Shown here one piece after another: positions 39,556-49,449 of a DNA stretch of 64,000 nt. The translations under genes were made by a program, and so were the position numbers. This DNA comes from Candidatus Dormiibacterota bacterium (GTDB taxonomy: Bacteria > Chloroflexota > Dormibacteria > Aeolococcales > Aeolococcaceae): positions 11,246-75,245 of the forward strand of contig CAWEEP010000011.1 of the NCBI GenBank assembly GCA_963808125.1, read 5' to 3'. Position 1 is the first letter of the stretch. The number at the start of each line of letters is the position of its first letter. The notes below the pieces were generated by a model. It did no database searches. It had not been told where the DNA came from and saw only the letters and a program-made list of their open reading frames with translations.

Positions 39556-40316
39556 TCGAGCTCCAGCGCCACGAGGTCGCCGGTGGACAGGCCGCTGAGC
39601 CGCGCTGCGGACGCCTGGCGGGCGGCGATCTCGAGATGCCCGGCGCTGTTCCACAGCACCGCCACGCCGCCCTCGATGTCGGAGTAGGTGGCGACCACCT
39701 GGTGGGTTCCTCCACCCTGCCACGCGACCGCCCCGACGCGCCGTCCGGCGGCGTCTTCATCGCGGATCCCGGTGATGCAGTTGCCGAAGCGATCGACGCA
39801 GACGATCCGGCTGCGCAGCAGCGGGCCGTCGACCACCGGGATCACGGCCTGGCGGAGGAACGGCGCGTCCACCGGTGTGCCGGCGTCGGCGATGTCGGCT
39901 CCCGCCGCGAGCCGGGCGGCCACCGGCGCGAAATGGTCGCGACCATGGAACGTCGCGGAGGCACCCTCTGGGGCATCGAGGCGGACCGCGCGCCGCTCTC
40001 TCGCCTCGCTCCACAGGTAGGTGACCAGTCCGGTGTCCGGGGCGACGCAGATGACGCCGTCGCACTCGACGGCGACGGCGTCGCGGCGGCTGCCCACGCC
40101 GGGGTCGACGACGGCGCAGATCACGGTGCCCAGGCCGAACGTCCGCGCCAGGGTCTTGCAGCGGTACATGGCGGTGAGAACGTCTCCCGGCGGCACCAGG
40201 TGGGTGCCGTCGACGCAGCGCACGCCGGGCGATGCCGCCCACGCGGCGGCCCACATCTCGGCGGCGTATCCATCCTCCAAGCCGAAATCGGAGACGAAGA
40301 CAAGCGTCGCGCTCAC
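39552..40316 (-). CDS. SAM hydroxide adenosyltransferase (DUF62; chlorinase/fluorinase family)
   Basis: 'SDFGLEDGY', 'VVDPGVGSRR', 'APDTG', 'TFHGRDHFAP', 'DRFGNCIT', 'NSAGHLEIA'. Confidence 0.9.
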   Translation of the reverse strand: MSATLVFVSDFGLEDGYAAEMWAAAWAASPGVRCVDGTHLVPPGDVLTAMYRCKTLARTFGLGTVICAVVDPGVGSRRDAVAVECDGVICVAPDTGLVTYLWSEARERRAVRLDAPEGASATFHGRDHFAPVAARLAAGADIADAGTPVDAPFLRQAVIPVVDGPLLRSRIVCVDRFGNCITGIRDEDAAGRRVGAVAWQGGGTHQVVATYSDIEGGVAVLWNSAGHLEIAARQASAARLSGLSTGDLVALELE

Positions 40317-40440
40317 GGCCACGGATACGGTAGCAGCGCGAACGGGGTCTGAGGCCAACCGATCACCCCCACTGCGGGAGTCCGTTCGCCGCGGCCGACG
40401 GCGGCCGTGCCGGCCGCTCCTCCCCGCCGACATTGCCCAG

Positions 40441-40479
40441 GAACAGCGAAGGGCGGCCCGGTGCCGACCGGGCCGCCCT
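40441..40479 (-). terminator. Intrinsic terminator-like hairpin after groEL
   Basis: Perfect 13-bp stem AGGGCGGCCCGGT/ACCGGGCCGCCCT (40450-40479) with a 4-nt loop, followed on the minus strand by a weak T tract (TCGCTGTT). Confidence 0.7.
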
Positions 40480-40506
40480 CACAGGGCGGGGATGCCTGCC
40501 CGCGAC

Positions 40507-42117
<1,611 letters not shown>

Positions 42118-42189
42118 GGACCTCCTCCCATTGCCTGCCGTGAGCAGGGCACGTGGAACGATCGGAAAATGCTGCGGTCGCCAGCCATC

Positions 42190-42216
42190 TTAGCACTCAG
42201 CACCCCCGAGTGCTAG
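42190..42216. promoter_or_regulatory. CIRCE element (HrcA operator) overlapping the groEL promoter
   Basis: TTAGCACTC-AGCACCCCC-GAGTGCTAG, 1 mismatch to consensus TTAGCACTC-N9-GAGTGCTAA. Overlaps a minus-strand TAGCAC-N17-TAAGAT promoter. A second degenerate copy lies at 42213-42239. Confidence 0.92.
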
Positions 42217-42309
42217 CGGCCGGCCCTCCCGAGTGCCAGCCCGGCCGCACCGGCGTCCCTGTCCGCCGCGGGCGCGAGCGCACCCCCGTTCCTCGCCTAT
42301 CATCGATGG

Positions 42310-43440
42310 ATGCTGAGGAGCCGGGCCATCCGCCGCTCCATCACCGTGGCCGCCGTCGCCGGCGCCGCGGCGGTGTCGGCCCGGGTCCTGGTCCGGCCGC
42401 GTCCGGGGGCGGAGAGGCGCCTCATGGACTGGGATGCCGTCCGCCGAACGGCGGTGGCCAGGTCCGGGGAGCGCGACCGGATCGACGCGCAGGAGGCGGA
42501 ACGCCTTGCTCGCGCCTGCGACGTCGTGGCCTGGGAGATGGCCCCGATGATGGCCGACGTCTGCCAGACGGCCCCCGCCACCTTCCCCTCCTTCTCGATC
42601 CTGGACCGGCACGGGGTCATCGACGTCAACGTGGCCATCGCCCGGCGGCTGATGGAGCCGGTGGAGCTGCTCCGGGCGAGCATCCCGGAGTCGGCCATGA
42701 CGGCGATGGGGCGGCGGATGGCGAGCCGCTACGTCGGAGAACTGTTCGGCGTCCTATCGCAGAGGGTCCTCGGCCAGTACGACCCCGTCCTGATGCTGCC
42801 CGGGCCGGCCGCCGCCCTGCGCCCCGGCACGGCCCTCTACCTCGTGGAACCCAATGTCGCCGCCTTCCAGCGGGCCCAGCGGGTCCCCCCGGAGCCGCTC
42901 CGGCGCTGGCTGATCCTGCACGAGGTCACCCACGCCTGGCAGTTCGAATCCCACCCCTGGCTCGCCCCGCATATCGGGTCACTGATAAACGAGATGCTGG
43001 TGACCGGGGTGGTCGAGCAGCTGAGCGGCCCCGACCGCCGGTTGGCCACGCTGGAGGCGCTGCGGCAGCTCCCGGCGACGCTGAGCGGCCAGCTCCGTGG
43101 CATCGGCCGACTGCAGGCCATCATGAGCGTCCTTGAGGGGTACGGCAATTTCGTGATGCACCGAGTGGGTCGCGAGCACATCGACGGATTCGACAGGCTG
43201 GAGGCCGCTTTCCACAAGCGCCAGAGCGAGCACAGCCTGCTGGAGAGGCTGGTGCTGGCGCTCACCGGAATGACGGTCAAGCTTCGCCAGTACGAACTGG
43301 GCGAGCGCTTCGCCGAGACGGTCACGCAGGCCGGCGGATACCCGCTGCTCAACCGGGTCTGGCAAGGCCCCGAGATGATGCCAAGCATGGCTGAGATGCG
43401 GGCGCCGGAACGGTGGGTCGCGCGGGCGCGCGGGCTGTGA
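42310..43440 (+). CDS. Zinc-dependent metalloprotease (zincin, DUF2342 family)
   Basis: 'VLGQYDP', 'WLILHEVTHAWQF' (HExxH), 'MSVLEGYGNFVM', 'KLRQYELGERF'. TATCAT -10 lies 6 nt before the ATG. Confidence 0.85.
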   Translation: MLRSRAIRRSITVAAVAGAAAVSARVLVRPRPGAERRLMDWDAVRRTAVARSGERDRIDAQEAERLARACDVVAWEMAPMMADVCQTAPATFPSFSILDRHGVIDVNVAIARRLMEPVELLRASIPESAMTAMGRRMASRYVGELFGVLSQRVLGQYDPVLMLPGPAAALRPGTALYLVEPNVAAFQRAQRVPPEPLRRWLILHEVTHAWQFESHPWLAPHIGSLINEMLVTGVVEQLSGPDRRLATLEALRQLPATLSGQLRGIGRLQAIMSVLEGYGNFVMHRVGREHIDGFDRLEAAFHKRQSEHSLLERLVLALTGMTVKLRQYELGERFAETVTQAGGYPLLNRVWQGPEMMPSMAEMRAPERWVARARGL

Positions 43441-43524
43441 CTTCGCAGACCGGCCGGAGCGCCGGGAGCGGGCATCGGTCCGGGCGCCGCCCGCCCGTGC
43501 CCTCGGCGCCGCAGCGTTTGCAGC

Positions 43525-44076
43525 ATGGCGACCGCTGACCGGGCCGGCACGGGGGCTGCGGGCCACGCCGTGCCCGAGGGGACGTCCGCGGCAGCCGCAC
43601 GGGACGATGCGGCCTACGACCTCGTCTACGTCCGGGCCAGATCCTGGTCGGAGGAGCGGCCCCGCACGGCGTCCCTGGTGCAGCTCGACTTCGAGTTCCT
43701 GGGCGAATCCCTGCCCATCACGGCGGCCCGCGAGCGCCGCGAGGCGCTCGACCACCACGGCACCTCGGTGCTGATCGTTCCGCGCCGCTACCGCCATCCG
43801 GCGGTCGACCCCACGCAGGCCGCGGCGCTGGCGGAGGAGGCGCTGGCGGCGGCGCGCACCGCGAATCCTGACCTTGAACTCGGCGCGCCACGCCTCTACG
43901 GCGACCACCCCATGTACTTCACCTTCCTGGCGGGGTCGGCGCCGATGCAGCGCGCCGGCGACACCTTTCCTCCGGGCCTGCTCATCAGCATCGACAAGTA
44001 CGACGGCCACGTCTGGACCGCGGCGGAGCTGAGCGACTTCCTCGCCATGGTGTCCACCAGGCAGAGCGCCGGCTAG
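43525..44076 (+). CDS. Hypothetical protein, C-terminus YrhB/Imm35-like
   Basis: Clean 183-aa ORF; pattern 'QAAALAEEAL...YFTF...LLISIDKYDGHVW'. Confidence 0.6.
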   Translation: MATADRAGTGAAGHAVPEGTSAAAARDDAAYDLVYVRARSWSEERPRTASLVQLDFEFLGESLPITAARERREALDHHGTSVLIVPRRYRHPAVDPTQAAALAEEALAAARTANPDLELGAPRLYGDHPMYFTFLAGSAPMQRAGDTFPPGLLISIDKYDGHVWTAAELSDFLAMVSTRQSAG

Positions 44077-44135
44077 CCCTTCGGCTAGCCCGGCGCGGGG
44101 CCTGGCCTGCCCCGGGAACATCGGCAAGGAGAACC

Positions 44136-44949
44136 ATGGCACTGACGCGTCGAGGACGGATTCGCAAGGCCCTGGCCCGTCCCTTCCCCGAGTCGTGGCG
44201 TGAGCTCCTCGCCCAGAATGTCGTCCACTGGCGTGTCCTCGACGATGACGAACGGGAGCGCCTGGAAGGCCTCATCCGCCTCCTTCTGGTCGACAAGCTA
44301 TGGGAGGCATCCAACGGGTTCGAGCTGACCGATGAGATCCGCCTGGTGATCAGCGGGATGGCCTGCCTGCTGATCCTCGGGCTCGACTACGACTACTACC
44401 ATCGCGTCACCTCCATCATCGTCAGCCCCACAGCCATCGTTCTCGAAGGCGACCGTCACCTCGGAGGAGGCCTCTACACCGACGAGCCCCAGCCGATCAT
44501 CGGGGAGGCGCGTTTCGACGGCCCCGTGCTCATCGCCTGGGACCAGGCGCGCGCGCAGGGTCGCCATCCCGACCGCGGGCGCAACGTCGTGTACCACGAG
44601 TTTGCCCACAAGCTCGACATGCTGGGGGGGTCCGTCGACGGAACCCCGCCTCTCGAATTCACGCGCAGAGTTCGAGCGTTGGGTCAGGGTGTGCAACGCC
44701 GAATACACATCGCTCCGGAGCGGAACCAGCGGGAGCCTCCTGGACCCATACGGTGCCGTGAGCACCGGCGAGTTCTTCGCCGTCGTCACCGAGGTGTTCT
44801 TCGACAAGCCGCTGCAGCTCGAGCAGGAGAAGCCGGAGCTGTACACGGTCCTCCGCGACTTCTACCGGCAGGACCCGGCCGCGCGTGAGCGACGGGCTGA
44901 CCGCCTGGTGGGCGGGGCGGACGGCCAGATCGAAATCCGTGCCGGCTAG
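44136..44949 (+). CDS. MtfA/M90 family zinc metallopeptidase, frameshift ~44655
   Basis: 'FELTDEIRLVISGMACLLIL', 'NVVYHEFAHKLDM', 'LDPYGA...EFFAVVTEVFF'; GGAG RBS. Confidence 0.88.
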
Positions 44950-44959
44950 CGCCTCACCG

Positions 44960-46079
44960 ATGCGAGTGCTCTGCGCCCCCAACACCTTCAAGGGAACGGT
45001 CAGCGCGATCATGGCGGCCCAGGCGCTGGCGGCCGGATCGCGGGACGCCGGCGCTGAGCCTTTGGTGCTGCCCATGGCCGACGGGGGCGACGGCACTCTC
45101 GACTGCCTGCTCGCCGCGGCACGACGGCCCATCGTCGCTACTCACCGCGTCAGCGGACCTCTGGGAGGACGGGCGTCCGCCCGGCTCGGCTGGATCACCC
45201 CCACAGAGGCGGTGGTGGAGCTCGCCGAGGCGGCGGGCCTGCGCCGGCTCGGCGGGAGGAGGGACGCATTGCGGTCGACATCGCGGGGCGCCGGCGAGCT
45301 GATGGCGCGGGCGCTCGACGGCGGGGCGCGTCGGATCGTGGTCGGTGCCGGCGGCTCGGCCTGCACCGACGGCGGCAGCGGGATCCTGACCGCTCTCGGC
45401 GCCCGGCTGTTCGACGCCGACGGCGATCGGCTCCGCCAGGGCGGTGGCTCCCTGCTGGAATTGGACCGAGCCGACCTGTCGGGGCTCGACCCGCGCCTCG
45501 CGCACTGCACGATCGAGGTCGCCGTCGACGTCGCCAACCCCCTCGCCGGCGAGACCGGCGCGGCCCGTGTCTTCGCGCCGCAGAAGGGGGCGGACGCCGC
45601 CGGCGTCGAGCTGTTGGAGGCCGGGTTGCTGCGCCTCGCCGCCGTGCTGGAACGTGACGCGGGGGTATCGCCCGGCCTGCGGCTCCTGGCGGGCTCCGGA
45701 GCCGCCGGGGGTGCCGCCTACGGCCTGGCGGTGCTCGGCGCCACCCTCCGGCCGGGCGCGGCTCTGGTCGCCGACGCCGTCGGCCTCGACGCCGCCATCG
45801 ACGGCTGCGACCTGGTGCTCACGGGCGAGGGGCGTCTTGACGCGCAGACCGCCCAAGGCAAGGCGCCCATGGAGGTGGCCGTGCGGGCGGCACGCCGCGG
45901 CATCGCCTGCATCGCCGTGGCCGGAGAGGTTGCCGAACTCCCTGCCGGGGCTCTTCGCCACAACCCTGTCACTCACCGGCATCGCACGGCCCGGGGAGGA
46001 TCCCCGCCGGGTGCCTCGCCGCCTTCTGCGCCGGGCGGCCGCCGAGGCGGTCCGGAACGCCTCGATCGGGACTGCCTGA
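44960..46079 (+). CDS. glxK: Glycerate kinase (GlxK family), frameshift ~45950
   Basis: 'APNTFKGT', 'MADGGDGT', 'GAGGSACTDGG', 'VFAPQKGA', 'LTGEGRLDAQT..GKAP'. Confidence 0.9.
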
Positions 46080-46115
46080 GCCGAACGCGAGGTGACCGCA
46101 ACGCCCGCGGCGGGG

Positions 46116-47073
46116 TCACCAGACCGGCTGCAGCCACTCCGCGTACTTGGCAACGCCACCGGTGATGATCCCGTTGTAGAGATCCTGGACTCTGCAGCGT
46201 CAGCGGTCCCGGCTCGCCGTCGGCGATGCGGCGGCGGTCGATCTCCACAACCGGAGCGACGGCGGCGGCGGTCCCACACATGAACACCTCGTCAGCGATG
46301 TACAGCTCGCTGCGGTCGACCGACCGCTCCAGCACCTCAAGGCCCATCTCCTCGCGGAAGAGATGGATGATGCCGTCGCGGGTGATGCCCTCCAGGATGT
46401 TGTCGGAGCAGGGCGGTGTGATGACCTGGCCGCGCCGGACGATGAAGATGTTCTCTCCGGTGCCCTCGCAGACATGGCCGCCGCCGGTCAGCAGGATGGC
46501 CTCGTCGAATCCGGCCTGCAGGGCCTCGGACTTGGCGAGGGCGCTGTTGATGTAGATGCCCGTGCACTTGGTGCGGGGCGGAGCCATGGTGTCGTCGATG
46601 CGCCGCCAGCTCGAGACCATGCAGCGGATGCCGGCGTGGGGGACGTAGTCGCCGAGGGGCGCCGTGATGATGGCGAAGCTGTCCGGTATGTCGTGGAGCC
46701 GGAAGCCGATCTCCTCGGCGGACTTGAAGAGCAGGGGCCGGATGTAGGTGTCCTCGCGGCATTCGTTGCGGCGCAGCAGCTCGACGGTGATGGAGCAGAG
46801 ATCGGCGACGCTGTAGGGGAGGCGCATCTGGAGGACCCTGGCGTTGCCGTGCATGCGCTCGAAGTGCTCCGGCAGGCGCAGGCCGTGAAGCTGTCGATGT
46901 TCGGCGTTCCAGTACGCGCGGATGCCCTCGAAGCAGCCGGTCCCGTAGTTGAGACCGTGTGTGAGCAGGCCGACGCGGGCGTCGTGGTAGCGGCGGAACT
47001 CGCCGTCGAAGAACACCCAGGACTGTTCGCGGCGCGTCCTGGCGTCGGTCCCCGCGGTGGCTGTCTCGGTCAT
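46116..47073 (-). CDS. ilvE: Branched-chain amino acid aminotransferase, frameshift ~46195
   Basis: 'LNYGTGCFEGIRAY', 'YIRPL', 'KCTGIYINS', 'EGTGENIF', 'ILEGITR', 'GTAAAVAPV'; leaderless TACTCT-N7-ATG. Confidence 0.92.
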
Positions 47074-47163
47074 GCGCGCCAGAGTACACCGAGGTCGACG
47101 GTCCAGTCGCCGCCGGCTCGTGGGGATGCGGCCGCCGGTCCCCACAGGGTGCCGCCGGCGTCC

Positions 47164-48003
47164 TCAGCGGGCCAGGCGCGGGAGCACCAGGGCGGCGGCG
47201 GCGATGCCGGCGACGACGGCGGCGACGAGGACGGCGAAGTCCAGCCAGAGGGCGCTGGGCGTGCCGATGAGCATGGCCCGAAGCCCGTCCACCTCGTAGC
47301 TCATCGGGTTGGCGGCGCTGACTGCGCGCAGCCATCCCGGCATGATCTTCACCGGGTAGAGGGCGTTGGAGGCGAAGAACAGGGGCATGGTGATGGCCTG
47401 GCCGATGCCCATGAGGCGCTCACGGTGGAGCACCAGGCCGGCGATGGTCATGGAAAGGCAGGAGAAGAAGGCCGCGCCGAGCACCACCATGAGGGCCGCA
47501 CCCAGCAGGTGCAGCGGGTTCCAGACGATGTCGATGCGCAGGAGGGCGGAGAGGGCCAGGATGACGACCACCTGGGAGACGGCCCTGACCCCCGCGGCGA
47601 AGGCTTTGCCACTGATCAGGGCCACCCGCGGCGTGGGAGTGGCCATGAGCTTGGTGAGGATTCCGGAGTCGCGCTCCCAGATGATCTGGATGCCGAAGAA
47701 GATGGCGATGAACAGCGCCGACTGGGCCATGATGCCCGGGGCGAGGTAGGCGAGGTAGGTGACTCCGGGCGGCGTCGGAATGGCACGGATGCGGCTGAAG
47801 GTCTCACCGAAGATGAGCAGCCACAGCACCGGCTGGACGGCGCGGGTGTACAGCTCGGTTCGGTCGTGGCGGATCTTGCGCAGTTCGACGAGCCAGAAGG
47901 TGATGATGCGGCTGGGGAACAGCCGCCACCAGGGGGGCAGGACCGCGGTCGGCCCCCACGACTCAGCCGAGGCGCTGTGCGGTGCGACGCGTACGACGGA
48001 CAT
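47164..48003 (-). CDS. ABC-2 type exporter permease (DrrB-like)
   Basis: Six TMs; 'YLAPGIMAQ', 'WERDSGIL..LMATP', 'PLFFASNALYP', 'NPMSY'. Confidence 0.9.
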   Translation of the reverse strand: MSVVRVAPHSASAESWGPTAVLPPWWRLFPSRIITFWLVELRKIRHDRTELYTRAVQPVLWLLIFGETFSRIRAIPTPPGVTYLAYLAPGIMAQSALFIAIFFGIQIIWERDSGILTKLMATPTPRVALISGKAFAAGVRAVSQVVVILALSALLRIDIVWNPLHLLGAALMVVLGAAFFSCLSMTIAGLVLHRERLMGIGQAITMPLFFASNALYPVKIMPGWLRAVSAANPMSYEVDGLRAMLIGTPSALWLDFAVLVAAVVAGIAAAALVLPRLAR

Positions 48004-48784
48004 CGCGGCCTCCTTGTGGCGTGGCCTCTTCGTCGTCGATGGCGGCCCCGACGTGGTGACGGAAGACGTCGTCGAGTGTCGTCCCCCTGCCGAGCGCCGC
48101 CTTCAGGCTGGTGGGGGTGCCCTCGGCCAGGAAGCGTCCGCGGTGCATGAGCGCGACTCGGTCGCAGAGGACGTCGGCCTCCTCCATGTAATGGGTGGTG
48201 AGGAGCACCGTCATGCCCGTCTCGCGGCGCAGCTCCTGGACCTTCTCCCACACGCTGGACCGGGCCAGCGGATCGAGGCCGATGGTCGGCTCGTCGAGGA
48301 TGAGCAGAGCCGGGCGGTTGACCAGGGCCTGGGCCAGCTCCAGACGGCGGATCATGCCTCCCGAGTAGGTCCCGGCCAGGCGACCCCGAACGTCGTCCAG
48401 CCCCATCGCCTCCAGCACCTCCCTCACCCGCGGCTCGCGGTCCCGCCTCGGCAGGTCGAAGAGCCGGGCGAAGAGCCAGACGTTCTCGTACCCGCTCAGG
48501 GCGAAGTCGGTGGAGAGTTGCTGGGGCAGGTAGCCGATGAGGTGGCGGACGACCATCGCCTCGCGGCGGACGTCGTGGCCGAAGACGGCGGCTGCGCCGG
48601 ACCCGGCGGGGATCAGCGTCGTCAGCACCCGGATGGTGGTGGTCTTCCCGGCGCCGTTGGGACCGAGCAGGCCGTACACCTCGCCCGGGGCGAGACGGAA
48701 GGAGATCCCCTCAACGGCGCGCACGGCTCCGAAGGTCACCGTGAGCTCGGAGCAGTCAACGGGGGCAGCCGCCTCAGCCGCCAT
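47963..48784 (-). CDS. ABC exporter ATP-binding protein (DrrA-like)
   Basis: Walker A 'GPNGAGKTT', signature 'YSGGMIRR', Walker B 'LILDEPT', 'LTTHYMEEA'. Confidence 0.93.
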   Translation of the reverse strand: MAAEAAAPVDCSELTVTFGAVRAVEGISFRLAPGEVYGLLGPNGAGKTTTIRVLTTLIPAGSGAAAVFGHDVRREAMVVRHLIGYLPQQLSTDFALSGYENVWLFARLFDLPRRDREPRVREVLEAMGLDDVRGRLAGTYSGGMIRRLELAQALVNRPALLILDEPTIGLDPLARSSVWEKVQELRRETGMTVLLTTHYMEEADVLCDRVALMHRGRFLAEGTPTSLKAALGRGTTLDDVFRHHVGAAIDDEEATPQGGRDVRRTRRTAQRLG

Positions 48785-49238
48785 CCGCCCTCTCCAGCGA
48801 CGCCGCGATGGCGTCCAGCACGGGCAGCACCTTGCTGACGGCCTCGCGGTCGGCGGCGTCGAGGCCACGAAGCCTGGCGCTCAGGATCTCGGCACGGCGG
48901 TCACGCCACTGGCGCATCCGGGCCTCGGCCGCGAGGCTCAGGCGCAGGCGGGTGACCCGCCTGTCGGCGGCGTCAGGCTGCAGTTCGAGCAACCCCTCCT
49001 CGGTCAGGCGGTGCACCAGAGTGCTCACCGTGTTCGGCGCCAGCCGCAGCTCGGCGGCGGCGTCGTGGATGCGCAGCCCTGGCCGGTGCTTGACCAGCCG
49101 CAGGATCTCCAGCTGCGCCTCGGGCAGGGGACCGTCGGCGCTGCCCGCCCTGACCTCGCGGTTCAGGGACCGTCGCAGGCGTCCGAGGACCCTGGCCAGC
49201 CGGCCGGCGTCGTCGCGATCGGTGCTCGGCGATTGCAT
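48774..49238 (-). CDS. MarR family transcriptional regulator
   Basis: wHTH 'AQLEILRLV...LAPNTVSTLVHRLTEEGLL...DRRVTRLRL'. Confidence 0.9.
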   Translation of the reverse strand: MQSPSTDRDDAGRLARVLGRLRRSLNREVRAGSADGPLPEAQLEILRLVKHRPGLRIHDAAAELRLAPNTVSTLVHRLTEEGLLELQPDAADRRVTRLRLSLAAEARMRQWRDRRAEILSARLRGLDAADREAVSKVLPVLDAIAASLERADGG

Positions 49239-49244
49239 GCCACC

Positions 49245-49278
49245 ATTGTATCATATCTGTCTCAGACAGATTCTTCAA
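49245..49278 (-). promoter_or_regulatory. marR-ABC operon promoter with palindromic operator ATCTGTCT-C-AGACAGAT (49255-49271)
   Basis: Minus strand: TTGAAG-N17-TATGAT, plus an extended -10 TGaTACAAT 6 nt before the ATG. A perfect 8-bp inverted repeat sits in the spacer. Confidence 0.78.
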
Positions 49279-49449
49279 TCGGGCGGTGGCTCCGCCCTGC
49301 TGGCCGGCCCACCGTGCCGCCGATTCAATGCGTTCGGCGTCGGCGCACGAACCGTGGGGCGCCGTCGCGACTCCCGAGCCGTTCAGCGATGGCTTCGTCA
49401 CTCTGCTTTCGTTGCGCGGGCCGCGCTTCCGGTTTAGCGTGATTCCGGT

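Noticed and set aside
39552-40316. Fluorinase/chlorinase (halogenase) call
   Set aside because: The Asp-Arg-His triad of SAM hydrolases is present and no halometabolite genes are nearby.
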